DNA of 64,000 bases from Spirulina sp. (GCA_044070495.1 JBIPSI010000006.1:32001-96000), one strand, 5' to 3'; counted from the stretch's first letter, positions 11,447-20,704 are shown. Program-made: numbers and translations. The notes: generated from the sequence alone by a model not told the origin.

Positions 11447-11713
11447 CTACTCCACCACCACCCGCCACTCGTGGAGTTCGTAGTTAACGCAGTGGTGTTT
11501 AACCAGCGGATCCGCCGCTACAATCGCTTCCGCCTCGGCCCTAGACTCGGCCCAGAACATCAGCATACCACCCCCATATTCGGCCCAGTAGCCCGTTTTG
11601 GCCCGGTGCCCCTGGGCGATCAGGTCTTTCACGTAGGCCACATGGGCGGGCACAAATTGATCGAAAGTGGGCTTATCTACGATCCCGCTCTCAATTTTGA
11701 CAAACCAGGGCAT
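11447..11713 (-). CDS. YciI family protein
   Basis: MPWFVKIE...AHVAY...GGGML...DPL pattern of cyanobacterial YciI proteins. Confidence 0.8.
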   Translation of the reverse strand: MPWFVKIESGIVDKPTFDQFVPAHVAYVKDLIAQGHRAKTGYWAEYGGGMLMFWAESRAEAEAIVAADPLVKHHCVNYELHEWRVVVE

Positions 11714-11924
11714 AGGCAAAGGGGCAGAACGCAGCAGATAGGTCAGAGGATCGGGGCAGGAAGCGGATGCAAGGGGCGGAGAACAGAACACGCCCTACTT
11801 TCCATCATGCCATTGGGTTTACCCAGCACCATCCAGGACAGGGAAATTTAGCGCAGCGCACAGTCCTGTAGCCGAATTCGTCCTATAACAATTGTTAACA
11901 CGTCCTCCGTTTTGCCCTACTGCC

Positions 11925-13301
11925 ATGCAAACCCTGCAAGATCCTGCCCTTGATCTGACCTCCGAACCATCCCCCGTGCCCCCACCCTCCGGTAAGCATC
12001 GGGTGGTGATTATTGGCGGCGGCTTTGGCGGGCTCTATGCCGCTCAACGATTGGGACGGGCCACCAACGTTGAAGTCACGCTGATCGACAAGCGCAACTT
12101 TCACCTGTTCCAGCCCCTGCTTTACCAGGTGGCGGTGGGGGGCTTGTCGCCCGGAGACATTGCCTCACCGCTGCGGGGGGTGCTCAGTCGGCAGAAAAAC
12201 ACCCAGGTACTCATGGGTGAAGTGGTGGATGTGGATCCCCAGGCCAAAACCGTGAGCCTCAAAGGGGACAGTAGTTTGCCCTACGATACCCTCTCCTACG
12301 ACACGCTGATCGTGGCCACAGGCATGAGCCACTTTTATTTTGGCCGCGACGACTGGGCCGACATTGCCCCCGGTCTCAAAACCGTGGAGGATGCCCTGGA
12401 AATGCGGCGACGGATTTTTGCCGCCTTTGAGGCCGCCGAGAAAACCACCGATCCTGACTTGCAAAAAGCCCTGCTCACCTTTGTAATTGTGGGGGCTGGC
12501 CCCACCGGGGTAGAACTGGCCGGAGCCTTGGCCGAACTGGCCTACCACACCCTCAAGCCCGATTTTCGCCAAATTGACACCAGCCAAACCCGCATTTTGC
12601 TGGTCGAAGGCATGGATCGGGTGCTGCCGCCCTTCCCCGCAGAGCTTTCTCAGCGGGCCTACCAAGACCTCGAAGGTATGGGCGTGGAGATTTTGACCCA
12701 AACCCTGGTCACCGACATTGACGGCCACCAGATCACCCTCAAGCAGGGCGACGAGATAACCACCGTGCAATCGGCCACTGTGCTGTGGGCGGCAGGGGTG
12801 CGAGACCCCGGCATGGGCGGCATTTTGGCCGAACGCACCGGGGCCGAACGGGATCGGTCTGGGCGCGTCATCGTGGCCGAAGACCTGACGGTGCCCAACT
12901 ATCCCGACATTTTTGTGGTGGGCGACCTGGCACACTTTGCCCACCAAGACGATAAGCCCCTCCCCGGCATTGCCCCCGTTGCCATGCAGGAGGGGCAGTA
13001 TGTGGCCAAACTCATCCAAAATCGGATCAAGCAGCGATCTATGGCCAAGTTTGAATACAAGGACACGGGCGGCCTGGCGGTAATTGGCCGTCACTCGGCG
13101 GTGGTCAATTTCCCCTGGATGCGGCTAACGGGCTTCCCGGCCTGGTTTGTGTGGCTGTTTGTCCACATCTTTTTCCTGATCGAGTTCGACAATAAAATCA
13201 TCGTCATGATCCAGTGGGCGAGCAACTACATCACCCGTAAGCAAGGCTCGCGGCTGATCACCATCCCACCAGATCCAGCCCCCAAAAGTGCCGTTACCTA
13301 G
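11925..13301 (+). CDS. Type II NADH dehydrogenase (FAD-dependent oxidoreductase)
   Basis: Dinucleotide motifs GGGFGG and VGAGPTGVELAG; FQPLLYQVA; WAAGV; PVAMQEG. Confidence 0.9.
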   Translation: MQTLQDPALDLTSEPSPVPPPSGKHRVVIIGGGFGGLYAAQRLGRATNVEVTLIDKRNFHLFQPLLYQVAVGGLSPGDIASPLRGVLSRQKNTQVLMGEVVDVDPQAKTVSLKGDSSLPYDTLSYDTLIVATGMSHFYFGRDDWADIAPGLKTVEDALEMRRRIFAAFEAAEKTTDPDLQKALLTFVIVGAGPTGVELAGALAELAYHTLKPDFRQIDTSQTRILLVEGMDRVLPPFPAELSQRAYQDLEGMGVEILTQTLVTDIDGHQITLKQGDEITTVQSATVLWAAGVRDPGMGGILAERTGAERDRSGRVIVAEDLTVPNYPDIFVVGDLAHFAHQDDKPLPGIAPVAMQEGQYVAKLIQNRIKQRSMAKFEYKDTGGLAVIGRHSAVVNFPWMRLTGFPAWFVWLFVHIFFLIEFDNKIIVMIQWASNYITRKQGSRLITIPPDPAPKSAVT

Positions 13302-13535
13302 GGGGCATGGCTACCCCCATCATGTCGCACCGACGAGCCCTCCTGGGTCACCTAGGGTGAGGTGACGGTCGCAGACAGCAATGGCAAATGAAGCACAGGT
13401 TACTCCCCTGTCTTTTCTGATGTGTAGTTGCCAGAGTAAGAGCTTGGCAACTGACGCTAGACCAGGTAGACAGGGTAGGGGGCAGGGCTAGGAGCGGTCA
13501 GACTACACAAACCGTATCCCAGATCACGGCTGAGG

Positions 13536-13544
13536 TGCTATGAT
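13536..13544 (+). promoter_or_regulatory. Extended -10 promoter of the SRP RNA
   Basis: TGcTATGAT located 6 nt before the predicted 5' end of the RNA. Confidence 0.65.
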
Positions 13545-13550
13545 AAAGAA

Positions 13551-13645
13551 GACTCGGACCCATGCGGTCGCAACGCCCAAATCATGTCAGGACCGGAAGG
13601 TAGCAGCATTACGGGATGCTTGTGACAGGCGTGGACTCCGGGTCT
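13551..13645 (+). ncRNA. ffs: Signal recognition particle RNA (4.5S, small bacterial SRP)
   Basis: Conserved helix-8 core TCAGGACCGGAAGGTAGCAGC; the 5' GACTCGGA pairs with the 3' TCCGGGTC; a T-run follows. Confidence 0.93.
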
Positions 13646-13802
13646 TTTGCATTTTCAGGGCTTTTACAGGGTAGGGTTGTCCTTGGCAATCGTTGATGCT
13701 GGCGTAGACGGTTCTGATATCCCCCCTAGGCGTTCGTCCCGATGGCCTCCTAAGCTAGTGATGTCGTCGATACGCATCGGTTAATCAGCAAGGGAGGAGA
13801 GC

Positions 13803-14174
13803 ATGGCTGGTTTTGGAGATGTCGTTAAAAAAGCGTTTTATTTGGGGGTGGGGGTAGCCTCCTACGCCGGTGAAAAAGCCGGACATACCCTGAAAGACTT
13901 GCAAGAGCAAACCCAAGTGGTCGTCAACGAGTTGGTAGCCCGTGGGGAAATGACCGCCGAAGAGGCCCAACGTCTTGTCAATGACATGGTGAGTCGCGCC
14001 CAGGAAACCATGCCCGAAAATAAAACTCCATCTGAGCCCCGCCGCATTGAGATCCTAGACGACGAGCCCAGTTCCCCAGCCACACCGGAAGATCCTGCCG
14101 AAGCCCTGCGTCAACAGGTGTCGGCCCTGCGCCAAGAACTGGATGCCCTTCAACGGAAGGCCAGTAACTCCTAA
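13803..14174 (+). CDS. Phasin-like family protein
   Basis: KKAFYLGVG...ELVARGEMTAEEA motif, C-terminal coiled coil, and SD GGAGGAG. Confidence 0.8.
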   Translation: MAGFGDVVKKAFYLGVGVASYAGEKAGHTLKDLQEQTQVVVNELVARGEMTAEEAQRLVNDMVSRAQETMPENKTPSEPRRIEILDDEPSSPATPEDPAEALRQQVSALRQELDALQRKASNS

Positions 14175-14218
14175 GCCAGCAATTCCCAAACAAGTAATTC
14201 TTAAGCGAGACAGCCCGA

Positions 14219-14731
14219 ATGGATGATTGGTCTAAACAAATTCTTAATGCCTTTGGCGATGCGGTTCAGGAATTTGCCCAACAGCTTTCCCAGGATACCG
14301 AGCGCTGGATGGAGGACATCATTGACCAGATCGCCCAGGCGTCAGACCCGTTGGTGCAGGCAGCAGATCAATGGGCTGAGCAGGTGCAAGATGCCCTAGA
14401 GCCGGAGATTGAACGCTTGATCGACGATGTCAATCAGGTGATCCAGCCCCTCGAAATTACTATCACCCACCAAGTAGACGAGGTGGCCGAACAACTGGAC
14501 ACCCTGATCGAGCCGATGGTGGCCAGGCTGCTGGAGCTAGATCCCTGGCTGGATCGGGTGTCGGCCCCCATCAACAGCGTAGTAGAGCCGATGATTCAGG
14601 ACCATCCCGCCTGCGTGGGCTGTCGCAATTTCTACGGCCAAGCCCACGGCGGCAATACCTTGGTTTGCGCCATGCACCCCTTTGGCCCCGATGAAGACCG
14701 CCACTGCCCCGACTGGGAAGGGTTTTATTAG
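14219..14731 (+). CDS. Hypothetical protein with acidic helical repeats and a C-terminal Cys/His motif
   Basis: Amphipathic acidic repeats followed by CVGC...CAMHP...CPDW. Confidence 0.75.
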   Translation: MDDWSKQILNAFGDAVQEFAQQLSQDTERWMEDIIDQIAQASDPLVQAADQWAEQVQDALEPEIERLIDDVNQVIQPLEITITHQVDEVAEQLDTLIEPMVARLLELDPWLDRVSAPINSVVEPMIQDHPACVGCRNFYGQAHGGNTLVCAMHPFGPDEDRHCPDWEGFY

Positions 14732-14761
14732 GGCTTGGCGAGGTGACAAGCGAGGCATGAC

Positions 14762-14875
14762 TCACTCCACATCGCAGAATAATCTTTTGAACGTGGCTAC
14801 GGTAACAATGGCTGCATCCATCAAGCTTTCACCGTCCGCTAAGTCGGTGTCTCCGGTGTCGATGATGACTCTCAT
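14762..14875 (-). pseudogene. Internally deleted PIN-domain toxin remnant (37 aa)
   Basis: ATGA overlap with the upstream gene; translates MRVIIDT-GDTDLADGESLMDAAIVTVATFKRLFCDVE*, which is a PIN N-terminal strand joined directly to the C-terminal TGDxD motif. Confidence 0.7.
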
Positions 14876-15111
14876 TCGCCCCTACGGTAAGCGTCAATCT
14901 CCGCTGTAATGTCCTCCTCAGTAACCTCACTGACCCCAGGCAAAATTTGGGTCGCTCGGCATAGCTGACGAAACTTTTGGCTGGCTATGCCCCGCTCGTT
15001 ATCTTCAGCCAAAATGACAACCCTAACCCGCAGTCCTTTGTGAAAGGGTAAGTTGGACAGAACAACCTGATCAGGGTCTTCGATAGTAAGAAAGGCTTTA
15101 TAGGTTGTCAT
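14872..15111 (-). CDS. Putative antitoxin partner of the PIN toxin
   Basis: 79 aa with LSNLPF..G.RVRVVIL and EEDITAEIDAYRRGE; translationally coupled to the PIN remnant. Confidence 0.65.
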   Translation of the reverse strand: MTTYKAFLTIEDPDQVVLSNLPFHKGLRVRVVILAEDNERGIASQKFRQLCRATQILPGVSEVTEEDITAEIDAYRRGE

Positions 15112-15219
15112 ACTGGTATGGTTGACGTGACTCAACTATAGCAATCCTATGCAAATTCAGGGATTGCGTAGCGTGGATCGCTCGCCTGAATTCATCCTCG
15201 ATAGGGTGCTGATAGTGAC

Positions 15220-16224
15220 CTACTTGTCGGGCTGAAGGACTTGTTGATAGTCTTCGGCTTTCAGTTTGCGTTCCATTAGTTCGGCAACGGCCTCTTCGGC
15301 GGAAATGTCGCCTTTCAGTAAGCGATAGACCTGTTGGGAAATGGGGGCCGAAACCTGTTCCCGCTGGGCAATGGTCATCAACACTTTGGCGGTGTTCACC
15401 CCTTCGGCGGTGCTGCCCAGTTCGTCAAGGATTTGTTCTAGGGATTTGCCCTGGGCGAGGCCATAGCCGACGCGATAGTTGCGGCTGAGGGGGCTGGTGC
15501 AGGTGGCCAGCATATCTCCCAGACCAGAGAGGCCCAAAAAGGTTTCGGGCTGTCCGCCCAGGTGGGTGCCGACGCGCATCACCTCCGGCAGGGCACGGGT
15601 AATTAGGGCGGAGCGGGCGTTGGAGCCGAGGTTCAGCCCTTCGCAGACGCCGACGGCAATGGCGATCACGTTTTTGAGGGTGCCCCCCAGTTCGGCCCCT
15701 AGGGGGTCGGTGCTGCGGTAGGTACGGAAATTTTCTGAGGCAAAAACGTGCTGTACGGCCTCGGCGGCGGTTTCGTTTTCGCAGGCGATCACCGTGGCGG
15801 CGGGGAGACCCTGTTCAATTTCCTTTGACAAATTGGGGCCAGAGAGGACGGCGACCGCATGGTTTGGGAAAGCGTTTTGAAAGATGCGGGAAGGGGTCAG
15901 AGTAGTTTCAGGATCTAATCCCTTGGTAGCAGTGACGAGAATCGTAGTTTCAGGAATATTGAGTTCCTTGAGTTGACTAACCAAATCCGGCACACCCTTC
16001 ATGGAAATAGCAGAAATGATCACCTCAGCCCCATCAACGGCTTCTTTTAAGGATAGATTCCCCCGCCGCGACCAAAGCCTGACGTTGTGATCGTTGCTGT
16101 TGGCAATGTGAGCCAGGGCGCTACCCCAAGCTCCAGATCCCAAAATGGTCAGGGCAATTTGGCGATGTTTATAGGACTCGAAGGTGTCGTTGGGGGTTTG
16201 GGTCGTGGGGAGAGTGGCAGTCAT
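15220..16224 (-). CDS. gpsA: NAD(P)H-dependent glycerol-3-phosphate dehydrogenase
   Basis: GSGAWGSALA, TKGL, SGPNLSKEI, GGTLKNVIAIA, GLGDMLATC and SRNY motifs. Confidence 0.95.
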   Translation of the reverse strand: MTATLPTTQTPNDTFESYKHRQIALTILGSGAWGSALAHIANSNDHNVRLWSRRGNLSLKEAVDGAEVIISAISMKGVPDLVSQLKELNIPETTILVTATKGLDPETTLTPSRIFQNAFPNHAVAVLSGPNLSKEIEQGLPAATVIACENETAAEAVQHVFASENFRTYRSTDPLGAELGGTLKNVIAIAVGVCEGLNLGSNARSALITRALPEVMRVGTHLGGQPETFLGLSGLGDMLATCTSPLSRNYRVGYGLAQGKSLEQILDELGSTAEGVNTAKVLMTIAQREQVSAPISQQVYRLLKGDISAEEAVAELMERKLKAEDYQQVLQPDK

Positions 16225-16318
16225 GGTGATTGGGGGTTGGTTATTGGGGGTTGGTTATTGGTTATTGGTTATTTGGGGTTGGTTATTGGTTATTAGGGAT
16301 TGGTTATTGGGGATTGGA
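16225..16318 (-). repeat. Degenerate heptamer tandem repeat (CCAATAA)n, STRR-like
   Basis: Repeated ttggttatt/ttggggg units directly upstream of the gpsA ATG. Confidence 0.8.
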
Positions 16319-16402
16319 CGTACTGTGGTGAGTTCGTCTAAAAACTTTGGGATGGCTTAACCTATACCTAAATTTTGCCTTTTGCCTTTTGCCTTTTACT
16401 TT

Positions 16403-18073
16403 CTAGGCTTCTTGCAGCGCGGCCTCCTGCCCCAGGGCATAGTCGGGGATGCAGTTGGTTTCCATAAATCGATGGTACGCCTGGATGTTGCGGTCGCAGC
16501 GTTCCTCGCTCCAGCCACAGTGGTGGCGCAGAACTTGAGCGACGGTGGGTAGGGCGTTGAAGCCGTAGTCGTGGTGCATGGACAGGGTGGTGCGACGGCG
16601 CAGGATATCCACGAAGGTCTGGGCCATTTCGGACTGGACGGCAAAGACAATCTGGGCCTGGATGTCGGGATAGTCGGGGTGGATGGGTTGGGCGAGGGTG
16701 GGGGTTTCGTCCACCAGGGCCAGCACTTGGGGGGTTAGGGCACCGTAAATACTGAGCAGGTGGTTAAGGATGGGGGGCGCGATGCGATCCCGGTAGCGTT
16801 CGGTGAGGGGAAGCACCTGGGGATCATCCAGGCGCAGGGCACCGGGCAGGGGGCGGCGATGGGTGGGGCAGGGGGGCACGGGTTCGCCACGCTTGCGGAA
16901 GGTGGCATCGACAAATTCTTCCCCCACCTGGCGATGGGTGGTGAGCTTGCCGCCGATGAGGGAAATCAGGTTTTCTGCACCCTCGCGGCTGTGGTCGTGC
17001 AAAATGTGGGCGCGGGTGATGCTGCCTGCTTTTTTGCCCTCGGCGTAGGGCAGGGGACGGACGCCAGAGTAGGTAAAGCGCACGTCCTTGCGGGTGAGGT
17101 GGGCGGCGGGTAGAACGCGGTTGGTTTCGGCAATCAGGTAATCCACCTCGGCATCATCGGCTTTGATCGGGTCGAGGGGGCCGTTGTAGCGTTCGTCGGT
17201 GGTGCCGATCAGGAATTGCCCCAGCCAGGGCACGATGAAGAAGGGCCTCCCGTCGGTTTTAGCCTCCACATACAGGGCCGAATCCGGCGCACCGGGGAAG
17301 CGATCCACAATAATATGACTGCCCTTGGTGCCACCAATTTTGCGCCCTTGGCTGAGGGGAGACTTGCTTAGCCCACAGACCGCATCCACCCAGGGGCCGG
17401 AGGTGTTGACCACCACGGTTTTGGTGTGGGTCTGTACCTGGGCCGTATCTTGACCGCAGACATCCCGTACCGTTAGCCCCACAATCCGCTGATCCTGCAC
17501 CTGAATATCGGTGACTTCGGCGTAGTTCAACACCGTGGCCCCGGCATTGTGGGCATCTAGGATGTTTTCCCAACAGAGGCGCTCGGCGTATTCCACCTGG
17601 GCATCGTAGTATTGGCCGGATCCAGCCAGGTCATCGCTATCCATGGCGCGGAACAGTTGCCGGGTGCTCTGGCGCGACAGCATCCGGTGGTTGGGCAAGG
17701 ATTTGTCGTAGCTCAGTACGTCATACAGCACCATTCCGGTTTGGATCACCCGGTAGTGGCGCGACCCGCTGCGGTAGATGGGAATCGTCATCTGCACAGG
17801 TTTGACCAGGTGGGGCGCGTTCCGCAGTAAAACTTCTCGCTCGTGGAGCGATTCTCGCACTAAATGAAACTCAAAATATTCTAAATAACGCAACCCACCA
17901 TGCACTAATCGGGTAGACCAACTGGTCGTCCCCCCGGCAAAATCACCCTTTTCAAGGAGTAGTGTTTTAAGCCCTCGCAGGGCCGCATCCCGTGCCGTGG
18001 CTGCACCGTTAATGCCGCCGCCAATGATGATTAAATCGTAGGGTTGGGTGGCGATTGCCTGGAAGTTTCGCAT
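16403..18073 (-). CDS. glpD: FAD-dependent glycerol-3-phosphate dehydrogenase
   Basis: IGGGINGA, GTTSWSTRLVHGGLRYLE, SGVRPL and GGKLTT motifs. Confidence 0.95.
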   Translation of the reverse strand: MRNFQAIATQPYDLIIIGGGINGAATARDAALRGLKTLLLEKGDFAGGTTSWSTRLVHGGLRYLEYFEFHLVRESLHEREVLLRNAPHLVKPVQMTIPIYRSGSRHYRVIQTGMVLYDVLSYDKSLPNHRMLSRQSTRQLFRAMDSDDLAGSGQYYDAQVEYAERLCWENILDAHNAGATVLNYAEVTDIQVQDQRIVGLTVRDVCGQDTAQVQTHTKTVVVNTSGPWVDAVCGLSKSPLSQGRKIGGTKGSHIIVDRFPGAPDSALYVEAKTDGRPFFIVPWLGQFLIGTTDERYNGPLDPIKADDAEVDYLIAETNRVLPAAHLTRKDVRFTYSGVRPLPYAEGKKAGSITRAHILHDHSREGAENLISLIGGKLTTHRQVGEEFVDATFRKRGEPVPPCPTHRRPLPGALRLDDPQVLPLTERYRDRIAPPILNHLLSIYGALTPQVLALVDETPTLAQPIHPDYPDIQAQIVFAVQSEMAQTFVDILRRRTTLSMHHDYGFNALPTVAQVLRHHCGWSEERCDRNIQAYHRFMETNCIPDYALGQEAALQEA

Positions 18074-18315
18074 GGATGGTTAAAGTGTTTTTGTGAAGGG
18101 TTATTGGTTATTTGTTGTTGGCTACTGTGGAAAAATTGGAGTCTGCTGAAGCAGATTTTGCGCTGAACCAGGGAGCTTATTCCCTGGTGGTCGGGGCTGG
18201 TGAGCCAAGGACTAAAAGTCCAAGGCTCACAGTGGAAATCCTCTCAAGAGGATTGGGAGGAGGGGCGTAGATAATGGTGAACCCTTTGGTCTGCCCGGTT
18301 AGGGAAGCAGGAAAT

Positions 18316-19833
18316 CTACGCCAGAGCCAGTTCCTTTTCGGGTTCTGTGCCATCGGCAATGCCGACGGCGTTGGCTTCTCGGAACATGTGGTTGGCCCAC
18401 TGTTGTACGTCGTAGCGGGTGATGGCGGCGTGAAGTTTCTGCATCCGGCGGCGCTGTTCTTCGGGGGACATGGCCAGGGCTTGGTTGATACAGTCGTCCA
18501 TATTCTTGTCAGAATAGGGGTTGGTGAGGATGGCTTCGGGCAGTTCCACCGCCGATCCGGTGAATTCCGACAGCACTAGCACCCCATCTTCTCCGTCGTG
18601 GGCGGCGATGTATTCCTTGGCCACCAGGTTAAGGCCATCGCGCAGGGGCGGAATCCAGGCAATGTCAGCGGCCTTGTATAGCGCCATCAAATCATCAAAG
18701 GGAATTGGCTCCGTGAAGAGGGAAATGGGGTTCCAAGTAAGGGTGGAATATTTGCCGTTAATTTGCCCCACCAATTGCTCAATTTCGCTTTGGGCGGTTT
18801 TGTAAACCCGCATTCCGGCAGCGGCCTTCACAGCGGTCATAATCAGGTTCACTTTGCCACGCATTTCGGGCCGACGCTCTAGCAAGCGTTCGTAGCAGAG
18901 CAGCATTTCCTTTGCGCCCTTTACATAGTCCACCCGACCAGCGGAAACAATCAGTTTGTTATCGCCAATATCGGCGCGAATTTGGGCAATGCGTTCCTTT
19001 ACCGAGGGCTTATTGACCATTTCGTAGATGTAGCCGGGATTCGTGCCCACCGGGAAGGCATCCACATTAACGGTGCGGCCCTGGTACTCCAATTTAGTCG
19101 TCATATCCGGCTCAGAAAGAGCGGTACCAAAGGGGGTAAAGGCTTCGGGGACGGGCTTGCGTTCCACCAGTTTTACATCGCGCAAACTGCGGGCAGCAGA
19201 TACAAAATTTTCCACATAGCGGGGGATATGAAAACCGCAAAGATCGCAGCACAGTAGGCTATCCACAATCGCCTCACGCCAATGCAGAATGTTGAACACA
19301 TCCGCCGCCGGAAAGGGCGTGTGGTGGAAAAAGGCAATTTTCACATTGGGCATCTTCTGCCGAATGTAATAGGGCGTGAGCCACAGGTTGTAGTCGTGAA
19401 TCCAAATTAGCGCATCATCAGCCGCTTCTTCGCAGGCCGCTTCAGCAAATAGCTTATTGATGTGCTGGAAATTCTCCCAATCTGAACTTTCGTAGGTGAA
19501 GTGGGAGGGAAAGGAATGCAGAATCGGCCAGATCGATTCTTTAGCCGTAATGTAGTAGAAATCCTTAACCCGTTCAGCGTTTAGGGGAATCCGGCGGATG
19601 ACGGCATTATCACTCCAGCCCTCCATCGTCACCCGGTCTTCAAAGTTATCTTCTTGCCCTGGCTTTACCTGTTTCCAAGCCACCCATGTACTGCTGTCGG
19701 CATTGGCAAAGAAACTTTTTAGCGTCGGCACAATGCCGTTAGGGCTTTTCTTTTCCCGGTAATAGGTCTTGCCATTCTCCACCACCTCATCGTAGGGTTC
19801 GCGGTGATAAAGAATGACCAAAGAGGATTTCAT
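18316..19833 (-). CDS. ggpS: Glucosylglycerol-phosphate synthase (GT20)
   Basis: N-terminus MKSSLVILYHREPYDE...KSPNGIVPTLK; WIHDYNLW, FHHTPFP and RDGLNLVAKEY motifs; clustered with glpD and gpsA. Confidence 0.95.
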   Translation of the reverse strand: MKSSLVILYHREPYDEVVENGKTYYREKKSPNGIVPTLKSFFANADSSTWVAWKQVKPGQEDNFEDRVTMEGWSDNAVIRRIPLNAERVKDFYYITAKESIWPILHSFPSHFTYESSDWENFQHINKLFAEAACEEAADDALIWIHDYNLWLTPYYIRQKMPNVKIAFFHHTPFPAADVFNILHWREAIVDSLLCCDLCGFHIPRYVENFVSAARSLRDVKLVERKPVPEAFTPFGTALSEPDMTTKLEYQGRTVNVDAFPVGTNPGYIYEMVNKPSVKERIAQIRADIGDNKLIVSAGRVDYVKGAKEMLLCYERLLERRPEMRGKVNLIMTAVKAAAGMRVYKTAQSEIEQLVGQINGKYSTLTWNPISLFTEPIPFDDLMALYKAADIAWIPPLRDGLNLVAKEYIAAHDGEDGVLVLSEFTGSAVELPEAILTNPYSDKNMDDCINQALAMSPEEQRRRMQKLHAAITRYDVQQWANHMFREANAVGIADGTEPEKELALA

Positions 19834-19953
19834 GATGTTCACTCCGCTGTAGAACGGGTTGTCGTGTACCGCTATACACCTTAGGTCATTGGACTGAGCC
19901 TGCCATCTGCCAGGGGATGGATTTAGAGGCCGCACCATTCAGGAAAGCGACTA

Positions 19954-19979
19954 CAATTATATCAGATCTGATATAATTG
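19954..19979. promoter_or_regulatory. Perfect 26-bp palindrome containing TATAAT on both strands (probable TA operator/promoter)
   Basis: CAATTATATCAGA|TCTGATATAATTG. Confidence 0.75.
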
Positions 19980-19983
19980 AACC

Positions 19984-20325
19984 ATAGGATATCCAGATAA
20001 ACCTCTAGCTTGGCTGCACAGCGAGGTGAAGACGCCTCCTTTCAGCCAGGAAGCACGGATAGAAACAGGGATTTTGCTGAGGCGGCTACAGAAAGGCGTA
20101 ACCCTTGGGTTGCCCCATTCGCGACCGATGCCCGGTATCGGTGTCCGTTGCCATGAAATCCGTGTCCGGGATGCGGATAAAAACTGGCGAATCATTTACC
20201 GGGTTGATGATGATGCCATTGTGATCGTCAGTGTCTTTAATAAAACCACGAAAACCACACCCAAAAATATTATTGAAATTTGCAAGAAGCGTTTACGTCA
20301 ATACGATTCTGATCAACAGGAATGA
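19984..20325 (+). CDS. RelE/ParE-superfamily (HigB/Gp49-like) toxin; start codon uncertain (ATA at 19984 or GTG at 20026)
   Basis: DKPLAWLHSEVKTPPFS...LPHSRPMPGIG..CHEIRVRD...WRIIYR...VFNKTT.TTP. Confidence 0.8.
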   Translation: MGYPDKPLAWLHSEVKTPPFSQEARIETGILLRRLQKGVTLGLPHSRPMPGIGVRCHEIRVRDADKNWRIIYRVDDDAIVIVSVFNKTTKTTPKNIIEICKKRLRQYDSDQQE

Positions 20326-20329
20326 AATT

Positions 20330-20644
20330 ATGGAGCAAGCTAAGAAGGAAAGATTGGAATCTAAGGGCTGGAAAATTGGGACAGTCTCAGACTTTTTGGA
20401 GTTAACCCCAGAAGAAAATATCCTAGTAGAAATTAAGCTGGCCCTGAGTCGCAGCCTCAAGGAGCGTCGGCAAGAAACGATGACTCAATCTGAACTGGCA
20501 GCTAAAATTGGCTCTAGTCAGCCCCGAATTGCTAAGGCTGAAAATGGCGATGCCTCAGTTTCGACTGACCTATTAATTCGTGCCATGGTAGCCACAGGGG
20601 CAACGCCAGAGGACATTGGCCAGGTGATTGCCAGTGTCGGTTGA
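20330..20644 (+). CDS. HTH (XRE/HigA-like) antitoxin
   Basis: MEQAKKERLESKGWKIGTVSDFL N-terminus and MTQSELAAKIGSSQPRIAKAENG helix-turn-helix; lies directly after the toxin. Confidence 0.85.
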   Translation: MEQAKKERLESKGWKIGTVSDFLELTPEENILVEIKLALSRSLKERRQETMTQSELAAKIGSSQPRIAKAENGDASVSTDLLIRAMVATGATPEDIGQVIASVG

Positions 20645-20704
20645 CGATATTCAGCGGGCAGGCAACAGAACCTCTATCCATCAGGCTGAACAAAGTTTTA
20701 ATCT

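Noticed and set aside
13310..13530. Hairpins and a 14-codon minus-strand sORF between the NADH dehydrogenase gene and ffs
   Set aside because: No recognisable riboswitch consensus, and too short to support as a gene.
16020..16100. Short Rossmann region in GpsA, suggesting a deletion
   Set aside because: The catalytic motifs are intact, and I recall this shorter form as usual for cyanobacterial GpsA.
19834..19938. N-terminal extension of GgpS, or a GgpR-like upstream ORF
   Set aside because: The conserved GgpS N-terminus starts at MKSSLVIL, and no separate ORF could be supported.
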